Assembly (NCBI GenBank): GCA_043747725.1
Contig: JAYTON010000669.1
Location: 1-44,362, forward strand
DNA: 44,362 nucleotides
Source: Saprospiraceae bacterium
GTDB lineage: Bacteria > Bacteroidota > Bacteroidia > Chitinophagales > Saprospiraceae
Direction: 5' to 3'
The position numbers and the translations under genes were made by a program. Below the pieces are notes generated by a model. That model was not told the origin of the DNA. It searched no databases and saw nothing but the letters and a program-made list of their open reading frames with translations. Shown piece after piece: positions 17,203-25,118 of this stretch (positions are counted from its first letter, which is position 1; every line of letters begins with the position of its first letter).

Positions 17203-19098
17203 ATGAAGAAATTATTATACATAATTATCGGTTTTTTATGTGCGGGTCAATCCGCAAAAACCCAAACTACAAAACCCAATATCGTCTGGATAACCATTGA
17301 AGATACGTCTCCAGATTTTATTGGTTGTTATGGCAATAGACAGGTGAAAACACCCAATATTGATGCTCTCGCTACTGAGGGGGTGCGTTTTACCCATGCG
17401 TACAGTACCAATGTGGTGTGTTCACCCTCTCGTCACACCATTATAACGGGTGTTCGGACGGCAGTGGACGGTTGTGGCAATCACCGAAGCCAATTTAAAG
17501 TGCCTTCCGATGTGAAAGGTTTTGCATCGTATTTGAAAAATGCGGGTTATTTCACATCCAATAATGCAAAAACGGATTACAATTTGGCAAATGCCCGAAA
17601 TTTTATACAAAACAATTGGACAGAACAAGGCGGCAAAGCGGATTTCACGAAACGCAAATCGAAAGACCAATCCTTTTTTTCAATTTTCAATTTCAATGAG
17701 TCGCACCAAAGTCGTACCGTTGGCAACAGCACCGCTTGGTATGAAAAAGAGATTTTGGGCAGATTGAAAAAGGAAGAAATTATCAAAGCGGAAGGTTTGG
17801 ATGTGCCACCTTTTTACAAGCAAAATGACAATAATCGTGAAAATATTGCCCGATTGTACAATTGCCTTCGGGTGACGGACAATGAAGTTGGGCGCATCGT
17901 CAAAATGCTGAAAGACAACGGTGATTGGGATAATACAATCGTCTTTTTCTACGCTGACCACGGACAAGGTATGCCTCGTTTCAAAACAAATGCCTCTCGT
18001 TTGGGTCATCAAGTGCCGTTTGTTGTGCGTTTTCCCGAAAAATGGCAGCATTTAGCACCCGCTAAAAAGGGCGAAACGATAGACGAACTCGTGACTTTTG
18101 AAGACCTCGCACCGACTATTTTAAGCCTTGTGGGTATCACCAAACCCGATTATATGAAAGGCAGAATTTTTCTTGGCGCTCAAAAAGAAATCACCGACAA
18201 TATCTTTTGGGGCTGCCGTGACAATACCGACGAAGTGATTGACATGGGCAGAACCCTTATCAAAGGCGACTATGTGTATGAGCGCATTTATTACTCGCAT
18301 CACCCCGTTTTGCAACAACAAGCCTATTGGAATCGCTCGCCTATGCTTATTCAAATGCGAAATGACTATCAAAACAAAGCACTGAATACCTTAGAAGCGT
18401 CTATTTTCACCCCAAGAACAGCCGAATATCTTTTCAATCGAAAAACGGATAAATGGGAAACCCTCAATTTAGCGCATGATAAACAATATGAAAAAATATT
18501 GCTCGAAATGCGCCAAATCAACCAAGAACACATTATAAAACACCAAGATTTAGGCTTTTTACCCGAAAATGTCTTAGCTCAAATTGACCAAACTCAAACA
18601 GTAGGCGAGTGGAAGGTGAAAAATTATGATGTGAAAAAATACTTAGATGTCGCTGAAATGGTTGGCATGAGCAAGGCTCATTTAACCAAACAAATGAATT
18701 TACTAACAGATAAAGACAGTGTGGTGCGCTATTGGGCAGTTATCGGTTTGAGAAATCAAAACAGTAAAGATTTGAATAAAAAGCAACTCCTGAAAGTCTA
18801 TCAAAATGAACAATCTGAAATGGTGAAAATTGAATTGGCTGATTTATTTCTCCATCTTTTTAAAGATAAAACCCAATTACAATATTTGGTAAATACAATT
18901 ATACAAACGTCAAACGGTTATGCTGCCCGACAAGCGAGTATGCGTTTAGCCAATTACCCCGATTTGCCCGAAAATATTGTTGAACAAATCCGAAAAATGC
19001 GTAAGGAATTGGCAGAACGACATAAAGGCGTTGGGTATTCGTTTACTGCCAGTTTAAGCACCATAATAAAAGCAAAAGTGGAAGATGATAGTAATTAA
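17203..19098 (+). CDS. S1-family sulfatase with a roughly 200-aa C-terminal helical-repeat (HEAT-like) extension
   Basis: Signal peptide. Strings are PNIVWITIEDTS, the motif CSPSRHTIITG, and YADHGQG. The C-terminal region (DSVVRYWAVIGL...) looks like HEAT/PBS-lyase-type repeats. Confidence 0.85.
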   Translation: MKKLLYIIIGFLCAGQSAKTQTTKPNIVWITIEDTSPDFIGCYGNRQVKTPNIDALATEGVRFTHAYSTNVVCSPSRHTIITGVRTAVDGCGNHRSQFKVPSDVKGFASYLKNAGYFTSNNAKTDYNLANARNFIQNNWTEQGGKADFTKRKSKDQSFFSIFNFNESHQSRTVGNSTAWYEKEILGRLKKEEIIKAEGLDVPPFYKQNDNNRENIARLYNCLRVTDNEVGRIVKMLKDNGDWDNTIVFFYADHGQGMPRFKTNASRLGHQVPFVVRFPEKWQHLAPAKKGETIDELVTFEDLAPTILSLVGITKPDYMKGRIFLGAQKEITDNIFWGCRDNTDEVIDMGRTLIKGDYVYERIYYSHHPVLQQQAYWNRSPMLIQMRNDYQNKALNTLEASIFTPRTAEYLFNRKTDKWETLNLAHDKQYEKILLEMRQINQEHIIKHQDLGFLPENVLAQIDQTQTVGEWKVKNYDVKKYLDVAEMVGMSKAHLTKQMNLLTDKDSVVRYWAVIGLRNQNSKDLNKKQLLKVYQNEQSEMVKIELADLFLHLFKDKTQLQYLVNTIIQTSNGYAARQASMRLANYPDLPENIVEQIRKMRKELAERHKGVGYSFTASLSTIIKAKVEDDSN

Positions 19099-19140
19099 TA
19101 CAATTTGCGCGACCCAATTCAATTAACATAATTTCAATTA

Positions 19141-19217
19141 TACAGCCACTAATTGCACGAATTTTCACGAATCGTTATATCAAGAATTAGTGAAAATTCG
19201 TGCAATTAGTGGCTGTA
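19141..19217. repeat. Perfect 28-bp inverted repeat with a 21-nt spacer between convergent genes
   Basis: TACAGCCACTAATTGCACGAATTTTCAC (19141-19168) is exactly complementary to 19190-19217. There is no flanking T-tract. Confidence 0.8.
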
Positions 19218-19238
19218 CCATAAATAGAATTATAAAGG

Positions 19239-20084
19239 CTATTTTTTATCCTCCAAACTCGATGGAATTTCGTTTAGATTTTCTGCTTTATTTAAAAAAT
19301 TCTTAGCCGATACAACTTTGACACCCATTCTTTTTTCTGCGTTTCGGCGCGCTTCTCCAGCAATCTCACCACCCTCTTTAGCAACATCATGATTTTCATT
19401 AAAGCCTTGTGCATCTTCTTTCTCTGCTAAGTTTTTGGTCACTACCTCACCAAGCATTGTAAAAACAAGTTCCAAATCTGTCATATGGTCTCTGAGATTT
19501 TGTTTTTCTAAGCCTTTAATCTTACTGTGTTCACTTGGAGTGATACCAAATGTGCCTTTAGCAATTTCGGCGGTTAGGATAGAATATTCTTGTCCTTCTT
19601 GCACTCCCCTACTCTTCCACTCATCGGTCAATTCTTTGCGAATACCTATCCCTTTTAGGCGCAATTCAATCCATTTTTCGTCGTAGCCTTTCGCTTTATA
19701 GAGTTCTTTTAGGCGTTCAAAACCCAGTTCAGGGTCGGCTACTTCTTCTAATCGCTCCTTCCCTACCCTTGCTAACCACGTTTTCAATGGCTCGGCTTTA
19801 GGCGAAGGCACTGACATAATAATACGGAATACCCCCTCAGTATTGGCGCAGTCTGTTGGGCGCATTTTACCATCGGGTGCAACAAATTTCAACTTTATCC
19901 AAAATGGATAAAGTTCACTTTCTGTTTGTATCGTCTTCTGGGTTTTATTCCAATAAGCTGTTGGTCTTGGGCTATCCGTCAAGATTTCAATAATATCGAC
20001 AATGGAAAAATACCATTGTTCATTATACCATTGTTTGCGAATTTCCTTATTGTCAAAAGATGTGATTGAATTTAGATTATCCAT
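19239..20084 (-). CDS. Bro-N/antirepressor-like DNA-binding protein (phage/plasmid associated)
   Basis: 281-aa ORF. The N-terminus (FDNKEIRKQWYNEQWYFSIVDIIEILT) matches my memory of Bro-N domain proteins. The C-terminal half is helical and charged. The assignment is from recollection only. Confidence 0.55.
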   Translation of the reverse strand: MDNLNSITSFDNKEIRKQWYNEQWYFSIVDIIEILTDSPRPTAYWNKTQKTIQTESELYPFWIKLKFVAPDGKMRPTDCANTEGVFRIIMSVPSPKAEPLKTWLARVGKERLEEVADPELGFERLKELYKAKGYDEKWIELRLKGIGIRKELTDEWKSRGVQEGQEYSILTAEIAKGTFGITPSEHSKIKGLEKQNLRDHMTDLELVFTMLGEVVTKNLAEKEDAQGFNENHDVAKEGGEIAGEARRNAEKRMGVKVVSAKNFLNKAENLNEIPSSLEDKK

Positions 20085-20215
20085 GAATTGAAAAATTAGT
20101 CCTTTTTATCCACTATAAATTTTTTTACTAAAAAATGAGTTCGCAGATTAAAGCTATCATTAAATACCATTTAAGGGCAAATATAAAGAATAAGTCTTTA
20201 TATTTCTGTTTTTTT

Positions 20216-20243
20216 TCTGTATTAATCTTTGTATTTTCTGTAT
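20216..20243 (+). promoter_or_regulatory. TTCTGTATT direct repeats (21-nt phase) upstream of parA, candidate operator/centromere
   Basis: TCTGTAT lies at 20216-20222 and 20237-20243. The same 7-mer recurs in every spacer of the par/rep module. Confidence 0.35.
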
Positions 20244-20249
20244 TTGTTT

Positions 20250-20257
20250 TATATTTG
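20250..20257 (+). promoter_or_regulatory. Bacteroidota -7 promoter box (TAnnTTTG) for parA
   Basis: TATATTTG lies 28 nt upstream of ATG 20285. Confidence 0.4.
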
Positions 20258-20284
20258 CATTCTAATCAATCATATATCAATAAC

Positions 20285-20932
20285 ATGATAATCAGTATTA
20301 CAAATCTTAAAGGAGGTGTTGGCAAAAGTACTATCTCGCAAAACTTGGCGGTTGTGCTTGCGCACAAAGACTATAAAGTCTGCATTTTAGATACCGACAT
20401 GGAGCAACGTAGCTCCATGAAATGGCATGGTCTGCGTGAGGTCAAACCAGATATTCCTGTATTTGGCGTTGAAAGCGAGCAAATCAATAAAGTAGCCGAT
20501 GAGCAAAATCGCCAATATGACATTGTCATTATTGATGGTAGTCCCCAATTATCAAAAACGGCAACAAAAACCCTCATGGCAGCCGACCTTGTTTTAGTGC
20601 CTATCACGCCGAGCAGTTTAGATGTATGGAGTTTTGAAAATTTCTTAGAACGCTACGAACAGGTAAAAGATGTAAAAGGCGATAATATTCAAGCCTATAT
20701 TCTCCTCAATCGTTATACTGGCAATACAAAATTGGATAAAGAGGTCATGGATGTGATGGGAGAATTTGATATACGACTTATGCAAACGACCATTGGTCAG
20801 AGGGTTGCTTACCGTGAAGCCCCCACCAATGGTTTAGGCGTTATAGAGACCCGTGACCAGAAAGCCAAAGACGAAATTATGCGCTTTGCCGAAGAAGTAG
20901 AAAGTATCCTAACCGCAATGGCACAGAATTAA
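20285..20932 (+). CDS. parA: ParA/Soj-family partition ATPase (small, type Ib-like)
   Basis: ORF 20135..20932. I moved the start to Met 20285 so that the protein begins MIISITNLKGGVGKST (deviant Walker A). Walker B is IVIIDGSP. The discarded 50 codons are AT-rich and carry repeated DNA motifs. Confidence 0.85.
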   Translation: MIISITNLKGGVGKSTISQNLAVVLAHKDYKVCILDTDMEQRSSMKWHGLREVKPDIPVFGVESEQINKVADEQNRQYDIVIIDGSPQLSKTATKTLMAADLVLVPITPSSLDVWSFENFLERYEQVKDVKGDNIQAYILLNRYTGNTKLDKEVMDVMGEFDIRLMQTTIGQRVAYREAPTNGLGVIETRDQKAKDEIMRFAEEVESILTAMAQN

Positions 20933-21028
20933 TCTGTATTCTTCTGTTTTATTTCTTTATAAATAAAGATAAATTCCTTATTTTATTCACCCCTCAGTAT
21001 TTTATTAAAAATTTAAGCAAAAGTTATA

Positions 21029-21283
21029 ATGAAAAGTTTAAAAGATACATTAGCCAAAAAAAGAGAATTGAGCCTTGCTGAAAAAGAAGCATTAGTCGAA
21101 AAAATTCACGCTTCTGAAACACCTGAAAACATTGAAACAAATACGAAAAATGGTAAAAATCTCCATCGACTAACGTTAGATTTACCACCGTGGTTAGTTG
21201 AGAAAATACGGGAAGAAACAGAGCGCAATGGTCAAACAATGCGGGGGTTGATTTTGACTATGTTATTGGAGCGATTTAAATAA
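21029..21283 (+). CDS. Small ribbon-helix-helix-like protein (ParG/CopG-type partition or copy-control partner candidate)
   Basis: 84 aa, starting 97 nt downstream of parA. The C-terminal LHRLTLDLPPWLVEKIREETERNGQTMRGLILTMLLERF fits a beta-strand/helix/helix RHH pattern. Confidence 0.5.
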   Translation: MKSLKDTLAKKRELSLAEKEALVEKIHASETPENIETNTKNGKNLHRLTLDLPPWLVEKIREETERNGQTMRGLILTMLLERFK

Positions 21284-21436
21284 TTGAGGATAAACATAAA
21301 AATGTACCACAATCGTCATTTCCCTTTGTTTTTTTTCATTGTGAGGTCTAAAAATAAAAAAGTAAAGACTTTGTGTTTTTATAAAAATTCGCGCGTTATA
21401 AACAAAAAATTCATACATTAAATTGGTTAATCAAAA

Positions 21437-21485
21437 AGAAAAGACACACAAAACTAAAAAGTTTTTAGTTTTGTGTGTCTTTTCT
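21437..21485. repeat. Perfect 24-bp-arm palindrome next to the iterons
   Basis: AGAAAAGACACACAAAACTAAAAA (21437-21460) is complementary to 21462-21485. Confidence 0.8.
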
Positions 21486-21555
21486 TAATTTTGTATTTAT
21501 TTGTTTTTGGCACCCCTCCTACTTCATTCATTATGAATTAGTTATGATATAATTC

Positions 21556-21647
21556 AGCTACAAATTTGGGACGATAGAGCTACATTTTTGGGATGGTTCA
21601 GCTACAAATTTGGGACGATAGAGCTACAAATATATATTTATTGTAGC
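21556..21647 (+). repeat. Four 22-bp-phased iterons (AGCTACAaaTTTGGGAcGat) plus one inverted partial copy, putative oriV
   Basis: AGCTACA starts at 21556, 21578, 21600 and 21622. A 32-nt exact repeat lies at 21553-21584 and 21597-21628. The inverted TTGTAGC lies at 21641-21647. An AT-rich tract follows, and the rep gene is downstream. Confidence 0.65.
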
Positions 21648-21862
21648 CGAATGAATTTAAAGTTTTTATATTTGCATCATACCTTGCAAATCATTTTAAA
21701 TCATTCATGGCTACTTATACTTAGTGTTTGTTCATTTCGATGTAAATAAAGATTTTTTCTGTATTTATACAGATTATTCCTTTAAATATAAGGAAATAAT
21801 CCTTTTAATATCTGTATTTATTGATTTTATGCCAATTTATTAGTCAACCGTAAAGTAATTTC

Positions 21863-23437
21863 ATGTCTGAAACGAATACCATACAACCCTATAAAAACCC
21901 TGAATTGGTAGTACTGCGTAATCCAGTTGCGCGGGCGAAATTCGGTTTGTCCTTAGTGCAGACTAAGTTTTTATTTGAGGTATTGGCTTTTTTTAAAGAC
22001 CACCCAGAGAAACGTTTTGCCCGATTTTACTTGAGAGACTACCTTCACAAATTAGGGGTTAGCTCCAATAATTTCAAAGAGTATGTCCGTCAAATGGAAG
22101 ATATGCGCAAACGAGACATTAATATTCCTCGTGGGGATAATATGCGTGGTATCAATTTTATAGGTGTTAGTTTGTTTTCAAGCGCAGAATACCGAATAGA
22201 TGAAAATGGGGACGGCTATGTTGAAATTGAGGTCTCAGATAAATTAAAACCCTATTTTTTAGAAATTACGAAAGGTGATTTTTTTTACTATCACATTCTT
22301 AACACCCGTGTTTTACGGAGTACCTATTCCATCAAATTGTATTTGCTCTTAAAATCTTATCGTCGGTTTGGAAAATTAGAAATTCCATTGGAAGAACTAA
22401 GAAGCATTTTAGAAATTGACAATGAAGAATATATGCAATACAAAAATTTCAAAGCCAGAGTTTTAGAGACCGCAAGGCTTGAAATGCAGGAGAAAAATGA
22501 TATTTGTTTCAAGTATAACGATGTTAGGCGAAGTAGAAAAAGCCCCGTTGAAAAAATAATTTTTTATATTTTTGATAACCCTGATGCCAAAGAAATACTT
22601 GAAAAATCGAAGAAAATGTTCGAGCGAGATAGTGTGCTTGATACTGCTACTGCCAAAAATAGCCAAACTGAAACATTTACTTTTTTAGATAATGAGGATA
22701 ATTCCAAAAGTGATATTGCTGATTTTGAAAAAGAAAAGCCACTAAGAAACGTCAAAAAAACTAAAGCTAAGGCAAAAAATACTGAGAGGGTAGGGGAGAG
22801 AACTCTTTTTGAGACCACAAAAGAAGAGGAATTGCCTAATGAGCAAACCGAAATTTTAGCGTTATTCAGACTTTTTGATAAAGACTCACCCGATGCTGAT
22901 ATTTTATCTTTTTTAGGGGGGTACGAGACTGAAAAGGTTTTAGATGTTTTGTACTATGCTAAAGAACAAATAAACAGGGGAAAAACAGAAATTAAAAATA
23001 TATATCCTTATCTGGTGGCAGGTGTCAGGGCGGGTTATGGTAAAGGTCTGTATGCAAAAAACAGAATGAAACAAGAAAAAGAAACCCTGAAAAAGCAAAA
23101 AATACAAGATTTAGCCAATCTGAAATTGGAATTGGAAAAAACGGTTGATAACTACGAAAAAGCCAAAAATGAAAAAATTAGAGAGCTGACAACCGAAAAC
23201 CCCGAGATTACAGGTGAAGCTATTGATGCTGTTAAAAAGTCATTTGGTAAAATCAACCCCGCAGTATTTACGATGAGTGTTGATGACTTTAGACTTAGTC
23301 CTATGTACAGAGAGTTTGTAAAAAAAGAGATTTATGAAGCCAATAAAACACAATTTACATCTGTTGACAACGTGCATATACCCGCGATTGATAATTTGAA
23401 AAAACGTATATTAGAGTTTGAAAATCAGATAAAATAA
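21863..23437 (+). CDS. rep: Plasmid replication initiator (Rep_3/RepB-like) with a long charged coiled-coil C-terminus
   Basis: 524 aa. The N-terminal LVVLRNPVARAKFGLSLVQTKFLFEVLAFF resembles the initiator-Rep signature (N.L..A.Y.LSL.E.KL). Four 22-bp-phased iterons lie about 220 nt upstream. Confidence 0.65.
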   Translation: MSETNTIQPYKNPELVVLRNPVARAKFGLSLVQTKFLFEVLAFFKDHPEKRFARFYLRDYLHKLGVSSNNFKEYVRQMEDMRKRDINIPRGDNMRGINFIGVSLFSSAEYRIDENGDGYVEIEVSDKLKPYFLEITKGDFFYYHILNTRVLRSTYSIKLYLLLKSYRRFGKLEIPLEELRSILEIDNEEYMQYKNFKARVLETARLEMQEKNDICFKYNDVRRSRKSPVEKIIFYIFDNPDAKEILEKSKKMFERDSVLDTATAKNSQTETFTFLDNEDNSKSDIADFEKEKPLRNVKKTKAKAKNTERVGERTLFETTKEEELPNEQTEILALFRLFDKDSPDADILSFLGGYETEKVLDVLYYAKEQINRGKTEIKNIYPYLVAGVRAGYGKGLYAKNRMKQEKETLKKQKIQDLANLKLELEKTVDNYEKAKNEKIRELTTENPEITGEAIDAVKKSFGKINPAVFTMSVDDFRLSPMYREFVKKEIYEANKTQFTSVDNVHIPAIDNLKKRILEFENQIK

Positions 23438-23645
23438 TGAAATACAGAAATATTCTGTTTTATTTCTGTGTTTATGCAGAAATAATCAGTGTAAACCCAT
23501 CCTTTAAATTATGACCAAGCGATTTTAAGATAAGAGCAATTAATTTTATTACTCAAAAATAAGCCTTCTATTTTTCCTTATGAAAAAAGGGTGAAGCCCA
23601 ATCTCGACTGCACCCGGTAGTTAGAAAAAATAAATCCCTCTTTTC

Positions 23646-25031
23646 TTACATAGAAAACCGAAATACTTTCGCTCCATGACTATTTACAGAGATATTAAAC
23701 GCCCCATTAAAACGACCAATATCCTGTTTCGCCCAAAGGTCACGTACTTTGGCATTGCCTTTTAAACCCAATTCTTCCCAATTGATTTTAATATCTTTTG
23801 CTTCTTTTCCGAGATTGAAAAACGCCACATTGAGGTCTTTTGAATTGGGCATTTTAGATACCCACACACAAACATCATCTTTTCTATACAACTGTTTTGC
23901 CTCAATGCCTTTTTGATTGACCGCTATGACTTCGGGATTTGTCAATAATTTTAATACAAACGGCGTATTTTCGGGCAAATTGCCGCCCATCATCAAGGGT
24001 GAACGGCAAATACTCCAAAGGGTTATATGGGTATAATGCTCATCTTCTGTTAAACGACTGTATCGTTCCTGACCTACGGGACCACGTTTGGCAATCTTAC
24101 CAATTTGCAACATATCCGCATCGGGATAAGCGTTTTTATCGGTAACAGAAGCCCATTTTTCACAGAGTTCAAATTGTTCCGCCACTTGTTCCCACGAATC
24201 CCAAAAATCCTTTGAAATGCGCCATAATTCTGCATTTTGTACGGCATGGTCACGGTTTTCATATTTCATGTTCAAAGAAAGCGATAAAACAATGGGTCTG
24301 CCGCATTGAGCAATGGCTTTACGCATGGCTTCCACTTCGCTACGGCGATAGGGATATTTTTCATCGAGGTCGGTATCATCTACTTTTACATAGTCCACGC
24401 CCCATTCGGCATAGAGTTTAAAAATAGAATTGTAATACTCTTGGCTACCCACTTTGGTCATATCAACGCCCCACATGCTGTTGAGCCACGGGCATTTTGA
24501 GGTCGTATCGCCCACCATATCCGCCGTAACGTCTTGTGTGCCGAGAATAGGTGTTTTTGCCCAATACGCTTGTCGTGGAATACCCCGCATGACGTGAATA
24601 CCAAATTTTAAACCCAATGAATGGACATAATCTGCCAATGGCTTAAAACCTTTACCGCCTGCGGCAGACGGAAATTTGCGTGGGTCGGGGAGGAGTCGCC
24701 CATTTTTATCCATCGGCATCCACGGTACTAAGCCGCCTTTTGGCAATTTATACTGAGGGGGGTTGTCTTGGTGGCTGCCCGGTGGATGCGGATAGAACCA
24801 ACAAAAATCTATGACCACGTATTGCCAGCCATATTGCTTCATATTTTTAGCTAAATATTGGGCATTGGCTTTTACTTCGGCTTCTTCCACCGTTGCACCG
24901 TAGCAATTATAAGAGTTCCAACCCATTGGTGGGGTAGGGGCAACGCCTGTTTTGGGCTTTAGGCTTTGGGCGTGTAGTGTGTTGAGACTGATACAAAGCC
25001 CTATCAAAAGGCTAAATTTGAGATTTTTCAT
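23646..25031 (-). CDS. GH27 glycoside hydrolase (alpha-galactosidase or beta-L-arabinopyranosidase type)
   Basis: Signal peptide. PPMGWNSYNCYG and GVDYVKVDD match GH27 signature strings (PPMGWNSWN; YLKYDNC region). Confidence 0.85.
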   Translation of the reverse strand: MKNLKFSLLIGLCISLNTLHAQSLKPKTGVAPTPPMGWNSYNCYGATVEEAEVKANAQYLAKNMKQYGWQYVVIDFCWFYPHPPGSHQDNPPQYKLPKGGLVPWMPMDKNGRLLPDPRKFPSAAGGKGFKPLADYVHSLGLKFGIHVMRGIPRQAYWAKTPILGTQDVTADMVGDTTSKCPWLNSMWGVDMTKVGSQEYYNSIFKLYAEWGVDYVKVDDTDLDEKYPYRRSEVEAMRKAIAQCGRPIVLSLSLNMKYENRDHAVQNAELWRISKDFWDSWEQVAEQFELCEKWASVTDKNAYPDADMLQIGKIAKRGPVGQERYSRLTEDEHYTHITLWSICRSPLMMGGNLPENTPFVLKLLTNPEVIAVNQKGIEAKQLYRKDDVCVWVSKMPNSKDLNVAFFNLGKEAKDIKINWEELGLKGNAKVRDLWAKQDIGRFNGAFNISVNSHGAKVFRFSM

Positions 25032-25074
25032 AGAAAGAATTTATATTTTTTATTGAACCTCAAACTTAGAAATA

Positions 25075-25085
25075 CCCCCTCAGTA
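25075..25085 (-). repeat. Intergenic copy of the 11-mer TACTGAGGGGG
   Basis: Exact match, between the GH27 and DUF5060 genes. Confidence 0.95.
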
Positions 25086-25118
25086 TGGTAAGCGTTTTTT
25101 TACGGATTTGTTGTTGCT

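Noticed and set aside
20108-20116. DnaA-box-like TTATCCACT between the Bro-N and parA genes.
   Set aside because: It is a single 8-of-9 match with no cluster, which is expected by chance in AT-rich DNA.
21553-21628. CRISPR array, considered for the 22-nt repeats and elsewhere.
   Set aside because: The repeats are contiguous with no spacers. There are only four units and no cas genes. The layout fits plasmid iterons next to a rep gene.
19141-23640. Calling the par/rep segment an integrative mobile element (ICE, prophage or transposon).
   Set aside because: No integrase, transposase, relaxase or phage structural genes are in the window, and I could not identify flanking direct repeats. Only a plasmid-type replicon module is supported.
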